From Trichodesmium erythraeum IMS101 (lineage in GTDB: Bacteria > Cyanobacteriota > Cyanobacteriia > Cyanobacteriales > Microcoleaceae): 32,000 nt of DNA. Location of the stretch: positions 5,550,001 to 5,582,000 of the forward strand of contig NC_008312.1 in the NCBI RefSeq assembly GCF_000014265.1, in the 5' to 3' direction. This document shows positions 9,755 through 18,996 of this stretch, piece after piece. A program made the position numbers and the translations under genes. Below the pieces are notes generated by a model. The model was not told the origin of the DNA and ran no database searches. It was given only the letters and a program-made list of their open reading frames with translations. Each line of letters begins with the position of its first letter. The stretch's first letter is position 1.

Positions 9755-10525
9755 TTATTGGTTTTGAGATTCCATTGGCAAACAAATAAGATTATCATTC
9801 TGAATATAAACTAAGCCTTGCTGACGTAATTTACCTATGAGACGAGTCACAGTTACACGGGTAGAACCAATAGCGCTACCAATTTGAGTATGAGTCAAAG
9901 GCCAAGGTAGATAATAACCACTTGTTACTTCTAGGTTATCTTGACTAGTCCAGGGTTGCCCATATTCTTCAATTAATAGTGTGAGAAATCCAAATAATCG
10001 ATCAATAGTACGACGTTGACCCAGAGTACTTAGCCACAAAAGCTTCCTTTGATGTTGATAGCGAAAAGCGTCTAAAACTTCTCTGCGGAAGTGAGGCCAG
10101 TTATCCAGTTCATGCCAATACATCCAAAGTACAGTTGTTTTATCGATATGAGCATAAGCTTGTAGCGTAAATGGTGACTGAGCTATTAGTTCAAATGGTT
10201 GACCAGCACCAACTAATCCTAGAAAAGGTTCATCTGAATTTGGACTTGTTTTTGATTTGCTAAGGTTATTATTACTAACATTTCGATTGGCACTTATGTT
10301 GGCATTACCTACCAGACGAATTGCTCCTTTCTGTATTAGATACAGCAAACCTGGGCGAGCGGGAATACGTTCATCTTTGCTGAAAGCTCTACTACGGTAG
10401 TGTTCTTCTGCCCAATCTATGATTAGTTGCCAAGTCAAAAATGGCCTGTTGTTCAGAGCAGAAGTATTAGTATTTTGTACATTTAGTGACATTTCTGGTA
10501 GGTCTGGATGTGAAGATAGTTGCAT
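9755..10525 (-). CDS. Crp/Fnr-family transcriptional regulator (divergent effector domain)
   Basis: 256-aa ATG ORF. The C-terminal helix-turn-helix LTHTQIGSAIGSTRVTVTRLIGKLRQQGLV is typical of HTH_Crp. The N-terminal beta-roll-like region (GLLYLIQKGAIRLVG ... GLVGAGQPFE) is interrupted by an Asn/Ser-rich insert, NANISANRNVSNNNLSKSKTSPNSDEP. Confidence 0.7.
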   Translation of the reverse strand: MQLSSHPDLPEMSLNVQNTNTSALNNRPFLTWQLIIDWAEEHYRSRAFSKDERIPARPGLLYLIQKGAIRLVGNANISANRNVSNNNLSKSKTSPNSDEPFLGLVGAGQPFELIAQSPFTLQAYAHIDKTTVLWMYWHELDNWPHFRREVLDAFRYQHQRKLLWLSTLGQRRTIDRLFGFLTLLIEEYGQPWTSQDNLEVTSGYYLPWPLTHTQIGSAIGSTRVTVTRLIGKLRQQGLVYIQNDNLICLPMESQNQ

Positions 10526-10787
10526 TTTTACTCTGTTTTAGTAAAAGTTGGACTTAAGTAATAACAATTGGATCAAGGACATAGGAGCAGATATAGCATA
10601 AGTTATAAATTTAGAAGGCGAAAAGTTAAATTTGCAGTACGAACTATAATTTGAGAGGCGTAAAAATGTCTTAGCCACCATGGTAACTATAATATTAATA
10701 TTTTTGCTTATATCCGTTTTATTCCTTACCTCAGAGTAGCAAAAAACACATCTTTTTATGAATTTTGTAGGATAAATTTTATTCAAG

Positions 10788-11702
10788 GTGGTGGTAATTT
10801 TGACAATATTATCATTTCAGTGTAATGCGATACATTTTCTGCAAAAAGCTGTAAGTTTATATCGAGAGAAATTAGAATGGTCTTATAGCTGTGAAAAAAA
10901 ATTAGAGGTTTTGGCAAGGATAGAGATAATTTCAATGAAACAAGTTAAAAATTGTGGAGGAATTATATATAAGTCAGCGATCGCTCTCAAATTAGCCCCA
11001 GTTTTGCAGCAACCAGCAATATATATTGCTACTGAGTTAGCTAAATATTGTCAAGAAATAGTTAGTCTTGAAGGAAAGAAAGATGCACTAAATTTTGAAG
11101 TTGAAGTAATTTCATCTGGTATGATTTTCTTTAAATTCACAGGTTTAAGTATAGCTAACTGGTTAAGTTTTTTAACTTCTGTTCCCCTTAAGGGTGAGAG
11201 GAAAAAGCTTCAGGTTAGTGTTGAGTATAAATCTGATGAAACTACAAATTTGTTTCTTATTCAGTATAGTCATGCTCGTTGTTGTTCCCTATTGCTTATG
11301 GGTGAAAGGGATAATTTGATTACTCTTGCTCCGACAACTCTAGAAAGCTATGGTCAATTTTGGTTTATGACAACTGCTGACCCCATACCCTGGCAAAAAT
11401 CTCATGGACAATTACAATTTTTAGATTATGCTGAATATGAATTAATGGCTGAAATAGCCTCTAGTCTAGATTACATCTACTGTATTTCTAGTTTCAAAAA
11501 AACTATAAATTGGGAGAAAGTAGCTAATTCTCTGAGTAACCGTTTTCAAGCTTTTTACCGTCAGTGTCGTATATGGGGTAAAGTTAGAGTGGAAAATCCA
11601 AAGTTAGCACAAGCTAGATTAGGTTTAGTTTTGGCAACTCAATCTCTACTCAAATTTTTATTAGAGGAAAAGTTAGGTGCTCCAGCTCCTCTAGAATTTT
11701 AG
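10788..11702 (+). CDS. Stand-alone DALR anticodon-binding-domain protein (arginyl-tRNA synthetase C-terminal domain-like)
   Basis: 304-aa ORF with a GTG start, so the start is uncertain. An internal ATG lies at codon 50. LIQYSHARCCSLLLMGE resembles the (Y)VQYAHARICSILR helix of the ArgRS DALR domain. No class-I catalytic HIGH or KMSKS motifs are present. Confidence 0.65.
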   Translation: MVVILTILSFQCNAIHFLQKAVSLYREKLEWSYSCEKKLEVLARIEIISMKQVKNCGGIIYKSAIALKLAPVLQQPAIYIATELAKYCQEIVSLEGKKDALNFEVEVISSGMIFFKFTGLSIANWLSFLTSVPLKGERKKLQVSVEYKSDETTNLFLIQYSHARCCSLLLMGERDNLITLAPTTLESYGQFWFMTTADPIPWQKSHGQLQFLDYAEYELMAEIASSLDYIYCISSFKKTINWEKVANSLSNRFQAFYRQCRIWGKVRVENPKLAQARLGLVLATQSLLKFLLEEKLGAPAPLEF

Positions 11703-12092
11703 GAGAATTTATATAACTGAAGTTATTGAGGAAGTATATTATCATTTTTGGAGATTGGTATCAAGGAGCAGCATGACTAAAAATTTTACCCACCCTAGTT
11801 TGATTTTAATTATGCAGCATTAATTATAAGGGATTTAGTCTGACAATGTATGTAATTAATTTTGTGACTTGCTTACCTTCAATACAAAAATTTTGCTATT
11901 CTTTGAGATCATATTTCTGAATAAATAATATATATAGACTATTATTTATGTTTAAATAATCTCTGTAGTTTTTCTAGTTATTTTTACTATTTTTCAAAAG
12001 TAGCATAACTTTTGAGAAGCAGTATTAAGAAAGACATTTTTGTCTACTACTTAAAAAATGATAGTTTTTACACTTACGGAGGATTTTTATAT

Positions 12093-12518
12093 ATGAGTTA
12101 TGTTGTAGTTTACGACGGTAACTGCAATCTATGTGTCACTTTAGTACAGGTATTAGAAGGTATAGACAAGGGTCAATTATTTAAGTATATTCCTATGCAA
12201 AATGATCAAGTATTGAATCAATTTAGTATTACCGCTAAAGATTGCGAAATGGGAATGATTTTAATTGATACTAATGAGCCAAAATATCGGTGGCAAGGTA
12301 GTGACGCAGCCGAAAAAATAGGACAATTATTACCTGGGGGAGATATTTTTGTAGCGGCATATCAGAGTCTACCTGGGGCTAAATGGATAGGCGATCGCTT
12401 TTATGAGCAAATTAGAGATAACCGTTATACTATATTTGGTAAACGTTCTAATACTTATAATTCAGTCTATCCAGTTGGTTGTAAAACTTACTTATTTCAA
12501 GAACAAGATTCTATCTAA
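12093..12518 (+). CDS. Thiol-disulfide oxidoreductase, DCC family (DUF393)
   Basis: MSYVVVYDGNCNLCVTLVQVLE carries the family-defining D-x-x-C-x-x-C (DCC) motif at the extreme N-terminus. The ATG at 12093 is preceded by ggagga at 12078-12083. The ORF-track start at 12012 is a TTG and adds an implausible 27-aa leader. Confidence 0.8.
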   Translation: MSYVVVYDGNCNLCVTLVQVLEGIDKGQLFKYIPMQNDQVLNQFSITAKDCEMGMILIDTNEPKYRWQGSDAAEKIGQLLPGGDIFVAAYQSLPGAKWIGDRFYEQIRDNRYTIFGKRSNTYNSVYPVGCKTYLFQEQDSI

Positions 12519-12989
12519 AGATACAGCCTATTCTGAGTCAAGTTTCTTTAACTCATAGCAAATACCTGAGTATATAAAATAGTTCAATCGTAAATATTCA
12601 GGTTAAATTTGGCATAATAAAACCAAATAATTTAATCAAGAAAACAGGTAATACAATGCTTCAGGCATAAAATTAGACTTTTACCATCGCTAAATATCTT
12701 ATTTAACAAAGGCTGTAACTTAAAAAAATGCTCTTCCAAAGTTGGCTCGTTTGGCATAATATTTAAAAAAAATTTGTTTAAATGATAAGTAGAATTAAAA
12801 AAATTTTATATAATATGTCTCTTTCATAAAAAAGATAATTTATGACAGAAAAAATGGTATCAAACCTATTAATTATGGACCCTGACTCCTAACCCTTGAC
12901 TTCCAAGAAATAGTCTAGCTATTTGTAGCAAATATTGAGCAATTGGGTGCAATTATGATCCTGCTGAAAAGCCCAAAATTATGACTATA

Positions 12990-13024
12990 GGAAGCAATTT
13001 CCATCTACACTTGAGATTGCTTCC
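12990..13024 (-). terminator. 9-bp-stem hairpin downstream of the TPM-domain gene (weak terminator candidate)
   Basis: ggaagcaat (12990-12998) pairs with attgcttcc (13016-13024). It lies ~150 nt past the stop of the minus-strand gene. No strong U-tract follows. Confidence 0.25.
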
Positions 13025-13175
13025 TTAGACTTAGCTACAGTTGCTGTCATGGACTGACAATAACTAATTAATGTAAATTAATATTATACTAAATTTCAAG
13101 AAATTTTTCTTAAACTTTTTTAATAACAGAAGAGGAGATATATTCTGTACTTATTACTTCCTACTACCTTAAATT

Positions 13176-13982
13176 TTAAGTTTCAGAAGGAGAAGATTGA
13201 TTTAAAAAAGGAGTTAGATAAGCAACCAAGGCACCAATAAGAAAACCTACAACATTACGAGTCAATGGCAACCAATCTGAAGTTCTTGATACTACTGGAC
13301 CAATTCCAAAAGCTATAAACAAAATTCCCCACAATGGAGAAAATATTAATGCCCACTGCCAAGAAAAAGCTTGGTTTGGTTTACGAGGTTGAGCTGCAAA
13401 GCCACAAATTACTCCGCCAATAACTGATGTAATCAAAGTTAAAATCCACTGCTCCTGTGGTAAACCAGGTACAACATTACAACCACCCTGGCGTAAACAA
13501 GTTTTGATAGATTCTAATGATTGAATAATAGATTGATCTTCACCTTGGTCTCGCACAAAAAATTGATTACCATATCGAGTTTGCAACTCTACCCAAAATG
13601 TCCTGGGAAGGAATTGGTAAAGACCGCGACCCACATTAAAATTAAGGATATTACCACCACGGGGGTCAGCTACTAACAATACACTTTTACTATCAAGTTC
13701 CCAAAAATCTTTAACTGCTCTACCAGGAGTACGGTCGAATTGAGTTAAAACTCTCAGTTTCCAACCAGTTTCTGTTTCAAATTTCTCTAAGTCTTTGGCT
13801 AGTAAGTTTTCTTGAATTTCTGTTAACGACCTGGCTAGGTCAATTATTGGTGTTTGCTCTTTAGGTAGTAAATCTGGATTGTTATAAGCTTGGGCAACTG
13901 TTGGAGTTAGAGCCAGAGTAGATAATGCCAGGAAGATTGATGCAATTGAGACAAAAAAACTTTTTGAAAAAAACTTTATCAT
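13176..13982 (-). CDS. TPM-domain protein (thylakoid-lumen TLP18.3/Psb32-like phosphatase fold) with C-terminal membrane anchor
   Basis: 268-aa ATG ORF. It has an N-terminal signal-like helix ending in AQA. The central region PIIDLARSLTE...LEKFETETGWKLRVLTQ...LLVADPRGGNILNFNVG matches the TPM/methanol-dehydrogenase-beta-propeller-associated domain pattern. Three hydrophobic C-terminal helices follow. Confidence 0.6.
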   Translation of the reverse strand: MIKFFSKSFFVSIASIFLALSTLALTPTVAQAYNNPDLLPKEQTPIIDLARSLTEIQENLLAKDLEKFETETGWKLRVLTQFDRTPGRAVKDFWELDSKSVLLVADPRGGNILNFNVGRGLYQFLPRTFWVELQTRYGNQFFVRDQGEDQSIIQSLESIKTCLRQGGCNVVPGLPQEQWILTLITSVIGGVICGFAAQPRKPNQAFSWQWALIFSPLWGILFIAFGIGPVVSRTSDWLPLTRNVVGFLIGALVAYLTPFLNQSSPSET

Positions 13983-14311
13983 TTTGTTTCTTTTTAATCC
14001 AAAAGGTGGACAATAGATACTTTAACTAAATAAAGAAATAAAAAAATTATATTTCTTTACAATTATTTACTTTAACTCACAATTTGATCAAGTGTGAAGT
14101 TAATTTTAAATATTTGTTAGACTTTTGACTTAATAGTATTCTCTTTTGTCAAAAAAAATTATAATGTGTTAAGGATCACAATCATCTATTTTTTCCGGTT
14201 AACAAAGCTGGAGTTACGAATATATTACTATCCGCCCCATCCAGAATCTATCTTGAAAGTCCTATTTCAAGCCAAAGTTACTCAACATAAAGCGTGGGGT
14301 TAAAATGTGAC

Positions 14312-14803
14312 TTAATTTAACCAACTTGCTGTTAGAGCAACTGCTAAAGCATCAGCAGCATCATCTGGTTTAGGAATTTCCTCCAAATTTAATTCCCTTG
14401 CTACTGCTTGTTGCACATCATATTTATCTGCATTGCCATAACCTGTTACTGCTTGCTTAATTTGTGCGGGTGTAAACTCAATTAATGGAATTTCATTTTG
14501 TGCTAATGCCAATATTAAAATTCCTCTAGCTTGGGCAACTAAAATTGTATTACCCATACGATAAAAGAATAACTTTTCTGTAGCTGCCAAGTCTGGTTTA
14601 AAGTTATTTAGGATAGTATGTAAATCTTCATATATTGTGACGAGACGTTGCCCCATTTCTTGTTTTTTTGTAGTTTTAATTACCCCAAAATCAACCAGAG
14701 AAGTAGAATCTATTTTTTCTGTTTTTGAATTATAAATACACTTAATTAATCCAAATCCTAGTACCGCTAAACCTGGATCTAATCCGAGAATTAATTTTTC
14801 CAT
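14312..14803 (-). CDS. ruvC: Crossover junction endodeoxyribonuclease RuvC
   Basis: 163 aa. The N-terminal [16 protein letters not shown] carries the catalytic Asp. [33 protein letters not shown] and [12 protein letters not shown] are the conserved RuvC blocks. Confidence 0.92.
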   Translation of the reverse strand: MEKLILGLDPGLAVLGFGLIKCIYNSKTEKIDSTSLVDFGVIKTTKKQEMGQRLVTIYEDLHTILNNFKPDLAATEKLFFYRMGNTILVAQARGILILALAQNEIPLIEFTPAQIKQAVTGYGNADKYDVQQAVARELNLEEIPKPDDAADALAVALTASWLN

Positions 14804-14872
14804 TTTTAGACTTTTAATTCTTATAGTAAATCTACTGTTGAGAGAGAACAGGATATAATTATAAATCTATTA

Positions 14873-15238
14873 TCAAATATTACATTTTTCTAGTTTTTTC
14901 CCTACATAAGGAGGGGCAAAATTCCAAACATGAGAAGTAACTCTAAAGGGGAGATATCCGTAAAGGGCTAAAATTTTATATGTAATATTTTTATATCTTT
15001 TATATTTCTCGCCCCACCCTACTTACTTGATAAATATATCCTTGATAAATATATCAGCGATCGCCACGTTGTAAATTCCTGGTTTACCTACTAATTTTAT
15101 CCAGATCTGTTTTTGAATGCTAAATCCAAATTTGCCATTACTATAGTTAATCCAAAATTAATTAATTTTATCTAAGTCTCTACAAGGTATATTTTTGATA
15201 TCTTCTAAATCAAACCAGTACTTTTTTTCTCGCCCTAC
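14873..15238 (-). pseudogene. GUN4-domain remnant (two in-frame TAA stops, N-terminally truncated)
   Basis: Manual translation of the minus strand gives one frame of 121 codons: GREKKYWFDLEDIKNIPCRDLDKIN*FWINYSNGKFGFSIQKQIWIKLVGKPG...IFIK*VGWGEKYKRYKNITYKILALYGYLPF...HVW. The pattern W-x-x-YS-x-G-[KR]-FGFS-[IV]-Q-x-x-IW ... GW ... G-[HY]-LP is the GUN4 porphyrin-binding domain signature. A 15-nt internal duplication (cttgataaatatat x2) lies at ~15026-15055. Confidence 0.65.
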
Positions 15239-15325
15239 TAATGAAAGTAATATTCTTAGTATTTATTCGTCTGCTTATTTAAATTTATCAGATAACAGTA
15301 AGTTTTTTAAAGCTGTGTAATTTAT

Positions 15326-15544
15326 TTATTTATCTATTGAATTATGGCGAGAAGTCATGGAAAAATTTAGATTAGGAGAAAAGATACAAGTCACAATAAC
15401 AAATATGAATATACCAGTTCCTATCAATAGTTCATTAGCTTCTCTTGTATAATAATTTTTGCCATAATGTTGAGAAATACGTCTTACACCTCGAATATGT
15501 AAGGTAGTTATTTGAGTCAGAATTATTCGATAAAGCTGAGACAT
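15326..15544 (-). CDS. Hypothetical small membrane protein (72 aa), doubtful
   Basis: ATG ORF immediately downstream (minus sense) of the 215-bp array. It has one hydrophobic helix, LLIGTGIFIFVIVTCIF. It resembles no family I recognise. Confidence 0.25.
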   Translation of the reverse strand: MSQLYRIILTQITTLHIRGVRRISQHYGKNYYTREANELLIGTGIFIFVIVTCIFSPNLNFSMTSRHNSIDK

Positions 15545-15684
15545 TTGAGAGATAATACTATTTTGAAAAAATTTATTTGTGCTGATAAGTTGATGATTAG
15601 TAAATGGTGGCTTTTTAATATTCCACTTTTGAATAAAATATAGACATTCTGTTCTTATCTAACTCCGAATTTGTGGAAACTTAT

Positions 15685-15777
15685 TTATCTAAAATAAAAA
15701 ATAATAACCCAAACAATAATAGCTGTAATAAACAAAAATATCACCATGAATAAATTATTTGAGATTCTTGTTTGCAT
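15685..15777 (-). CDS. Repeat-borne 30-codon hydrophobic sORF, copy 1 (speculative)
   Basis: The minus strand reads atg caa aca aga atc tca aat aat tta ttc atg gtg ata ttt ttg ttt att aca gct att att gtt tgg gtt att att ttt tat ttt aga taa. This translates to MQTRISNNLFMVIFLFITAIIVWVIIFYFR*. There is no obvious Shine-Dalgarno sequence. Confidence 0.25.
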   Translation of the reverse strand: MQTRISNNLFMVIFLFITAIIVWVIIFYFR

Positions 15778-15899
15778 TTGAAAAAATTTATTTGTGCTGA
15801 TAAGTTGATGATTAGTAAATGGTGGCTTTTTAATATTCCACTTTTGAATAAAATATAGACATTCTGTTCTTATCTAACTCCGAATTTGTGGAGACTTAT

Positions 15900-15992
15900 T
15901 TATCTAAAATAAAAAATAATAACCCAAACAATAATAGCTGTAATAAACAAAAATATCACCATGAATAAATTATTTGAGATTCTTGTTTGCAT
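15900..15992 (-). CDS. Repeat-borne 30-codon hydrophobic sORF, copy 2 (speculative)
   Basis: Identical peptide to copy 1, located exactly 215 nt away. Confidence 0.25.
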   Translation of the reverse strand: MQTRISNNLFMVIFLFITAIIVWVIIFYFR

Positions 15993-16114
15993 TTGAAAAA
16001 ATTTATTTGTGCTGATAAGTTGATGATTAGTAAATGGTGGCTTTTTAATATTCCACTTTTGAATAAAATATAGACATTATGTTCTTATCTAACTCCGAAT
16101 TTGTGGAAACTTAT

Positions 16115-16417
16115 TTATCTAAAATAAAAAATAATAACCCAAACAATAATAGCTGTAATAAACAAAAATATCACCATGAATAAATTATTTGAGATTCTTG
16201 TTTGCATTTGAAAAAATTTATTTGTGCTGATAAGTTGATGATTAATAAATGGTGGTTTTTTAATATTCCACTTTTGAATAAAATATAGACATTCTGTTCT
16301 TTGCATAGCTAAAATAAAATCTTTCAAAGAGTACCATAAAATTTTAATTATCCCAGTAGATAGCTGCTCATAATTTTTTTTATCGGCAAACTCTGAATAT
16401 AATCTAGTATCAGCCAA
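16115..16417 (-). CDS. Hypothetical 100-aa ORF whose last 30 codons are sORF copy 3 (16115-16207)
   Basis: TTG-initiated ORF from the track. Its C-terminal 60 codons lie inside the repeat, and it ends with the same MQTRISNNLFMVIFLFITAIIVWVIIFYFR. It may be the ancestral gene whose 3' part was amplified, or an artefact. Confidence 0.3.
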   Translation of the reverse strand: MADTRLYSEFADKKNYEQLSTGIIKILWYSLKDFILAMQRTECLYFIQKWNIKKPPFINHQLISTNKFFQMQTRISNNLFMVIFLFITAIIVWVIIFYFR

Positions 16418-17155
16418 TTCATTAGTTTTTTTTAAGTTGGTTTTTAATTCTTGTCAAGATTTCAAAAGCTCTCTTCAGTAGTTACTTAAAAACTCAAAAA
16501 AAGTAAACTTGCCACAATTAAATTGAAAAACTCCACCTTAGTATTGATAAATTAGTTACTTTCACAAAAGTAAAAATAAAAATATAAAAATTGATTTATA
16601 TATATAAATAGTTTAATTAACAAAATTTTTATAGTAAATGGGTAGAAAAAGCATTAAATAGACTAAGCTTTTTCTTAACAACTAAATTTCTGATTTATCA
16701 GCAGAACTACCCAGAATAATAACTGCTAATTGCTCTATTAAAAGATTTAATATTTTGGATAATCTTAAAAATCACCCATGATTTAATTATATTCTGGAGA
16801 AGGTCTGATACAAATTTTTTCTACCAATTTCATCAACTTAGACTATATTACTTAATCTTAATAAGATTGTATGATTTCATTCTTGAGTATAATATTTAGC
16901 CATACTTAAAAAATTTGGTATTATAATTATTAAATATGACAGTATAACCAAATGTCTGTAATAATTCAAAAACTATAAATAATATCCAAAACTATTGCCC
17001 CAACTCCTCAAAACCCCTATTGCAAAAAGCGGTATAATTCTAGAAAACATAAAAATTTTAGTTTTATATGATTAATTTTTTGCCCTCGAAAAACCCGCTT
17101 TTCTAAATCCATTTTTCCCTAAAAAAACTAGACTACAATTATATTAATTCTCAAA

Positions 17156-18373
17156 CTATTGTTCTACTTCTGCCAATCCAAAAACTCTATTAAAAACTTT
17201 TTTTACCTTATCACCAGAGTCAATACTTTCCAAAGGATCTTTTCGTAGTCGATGCCGTAAACACATAGTAATAACACGACCAACATCCTCAAGACTCACT
17301 TCTGTATTACCTTCAAAAGCAGCTAAAGCTTTTGCAGCACGATTAGTAACAATATCTCCCCGTAAACCATCTACATCTAACTCAGAACAAACCTGAGAAA
17401 TTTTCACCCGTAAATCATGGTCAACTTCCACAAATGTCAACTTTTGTTGAGCATCTACAAGCTTATTTTGTAATTCTTCCTGTTGTGATGTATACTTTCC
17501 TAAAAACCCTTGAGGATTTTGATCAAAAGCTGAACGTTGTTCAACAATTTCAACTCTTAAGATAGGATCTTTGACAGTTCGGATTTCAGCATGCATTCCA
17601 AATCTGTCCAGTAACTGAGGTCGTAATTCCCCTTCTTCTGGGTTTCCCGAACCTACAAGGACAAAACGAGCCGGATGGCGTATAGAAATACCTTCTCTTT
17701 CCACAGTATTCCAGCCACTTGCCGCCGAGTCAAGCAAGACATCAACTAAGTGGTCATCCAAAAGGTTGACCTCGTCAACATACAAAATACCACGGTTAGC
17801 CTTTGCGAGTAAACCTGGTTCAAAAGCTTTCACCCCTTCTGATAAAGCTTTTTCAATATCAATAGTACCACATACCCGATCCTCCGTCGCCCCCAATGGT
17901 AAGTCCACCATTTGGACTTTTCTTGTAAAAATCGGAATTTCTTCCTGCTTTACTAATCTATCTCGCACAGAATCACTCATCAAATCTGGGTCATAAGGAT
18001 CACTATTAAAAGGGTCATCAACAACAATTTTAATTTCTGGCAACAGGTCAGCTAATGCACGGATAGTGGTAGATTTACCTGTACCCCGATCACCCATGAT
18101 CATTACCCCCCCTATTTTGGGGTCAATTACATTTAATAGTAAGGCCAGTTTCATTTCTTCCTGACCGACAATGGCGGTGAAAGGGAAAACAGCTCTACTT
18201 CTTGGAACGGCTGATTTCACAGATGTATTTACATTTTTATTGGCTTTAACGGTTGAACTCACTGTATACTCTAAATTATAATTACTAATTTTTATCTCAA
18301 TTTTGGTTGAAAACCCGTGCTCACCGAAACAGGAGTCTTGGGATGAAAACCAATCAATATTGCAATTTAACAC
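17156..18373 (-). CDS. chlI: Magnesium chelatase ATPase subunit I
   Basis: [53 protein letters not shown] (Walker A), [25 protein letters not shown] (Walker B) and the rest are collinear with ChlI/BchI. The track start at 18373 is a GTG that adds ~37 unusual residues. An in-frame GTG at 18262 would give a more typical ~368-aa protein. Confidence 0.95.
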   Translation of the reverse strand: MLNCNIDWFSSQDSCFGEHGFSTKIEIKISNYNLEYTVSSTVKANKNVNTSVKSAVPRSRAVFPFTAIVGQEEMKLALLLNVIDPKIGGVMIMGDRGTGKSTTIRALADLLPEIKIVVDDPFNSDPYDPDLMSDSVRDRLVKQEEIPIFTRKVQMVDLPLGATEDRVCGTIDIEKALSEGVKAFEPGLLAKANRGILYVDEVNLLDDHLVDVLLDSAASGWNTVEREGISIRHPARFVLVGSGNPEEGELRPQLLDRFGMHAEIRTVKDPILRVEIVEQRSAFDQNPQGFLGKYTSQQEELQNKLVDAQQKLTFVEVDHDLRVKISQVCSELDVDGLRGDIVTNRAAKALAAFEGNTEVSLEDVGRVITMCLRHRLRKDPLESIDSGDKVKKVFNRVFGLAEVEQ

Positions 18374-18996
18374 TTCAAATGTTATACCTTGAAGAGTTAA
18401 TCAGCAAGTAATAAATACTTAAAAAGGAGTACGCTCCATCAGTAAACTAGGCTTTAAACCTAATATTTCAGTAAAAATATTTTGGGACTTGAACTCGCAG
18501 TATCATTCTCTGGAGCAACTATAAGACTATCTGAGAATACATCTTAAATATTAGGTAATATTAGGTGCTCAAGAAATAGAAAGTCTTTGTCAATCATGTC
18601 AGAGAATATCGCTATGTTTGAATACAGCAGCATGATGTCAATTGGAATATTGATGCATAAGTAAACTAGATAACCCCTGCGACTATTACTATAGAATCAA
18701 TTGTGACAAAACCTGTAATACCAATTTTAAAAATGCCTGAATTCAGAATAGTTCTCTAGATGGTAAGAATTTTATGATACTTAGTTTGTAATATTCTTTT
18801 TTCAAAATGTTATAAAATATAGACTCTACCCAAATAAGCAACAGAAAATCTCTTAAGGTGCCGAGTTCCATAGTTCTCTATAATTGCGGAAGCATAAAGT
18901 AACTATAGACAAGAAAGGGTGAGAGAAATTCCTCGTTATTGGATTGAGTGAGGGGTAGTTCAATGCAAATGTTCATTTTCAGTATTAATTAAAATT

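Larger units (their letters stand above)
15562..16301. repeat. Tandem direct repeat, 215-bp unit x 3.4, copies almost identical
   Basis: tttgaaaaaatttatttgtgctgataagttgatgatt starts at 15562, 15777, 15992 and 16207, an exact 215-nt spacing. The fourth copy diverges after attctgttctt at 16301. Only isolated substitutions separate the copies: gtggaaac versus gtggagac, cattctg versus cattatg, and tagtaaatggtggc versus taataaatggtggt. Confidence 0.97.

Noticed and set aside
10538-10786. 82-aa ORF on the minus strand in the Crp/DALR divergent spacer
   Set aside because: It fills the promoter region between two divergent genes, its composition is low-complexity, and it resembles nothing. It is most likely spurious.
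12012-12092. TTG-initiated 27-codon N-terminal extension of the DCC-family gene
   Set aside because: The family motif DGxCxLC normally sits within the first ~15 residues. An ATG with an upstream GGAGGA lies at 12093.
15562-16301. CRISPR array interpretation of the tandem repeats (also 6926-7247 and 28141-29098)
   Set aside because: The units are 160-215 bp and directly abutting, with no unique spacers and no short palindromic repeat. No cas genes are in the window.
17766-17996. ORF 17766-17996 (+)
   Set aside because: It is antisense to chlI, has no motif and is a typical shadow ORF. The same reasoning applies to 31140-31355 (antisense to the ATPase), 6450-6632 (antisense to the 564-aa gene) and 1971-2270 (antisense to the IS701 transposase remnant).
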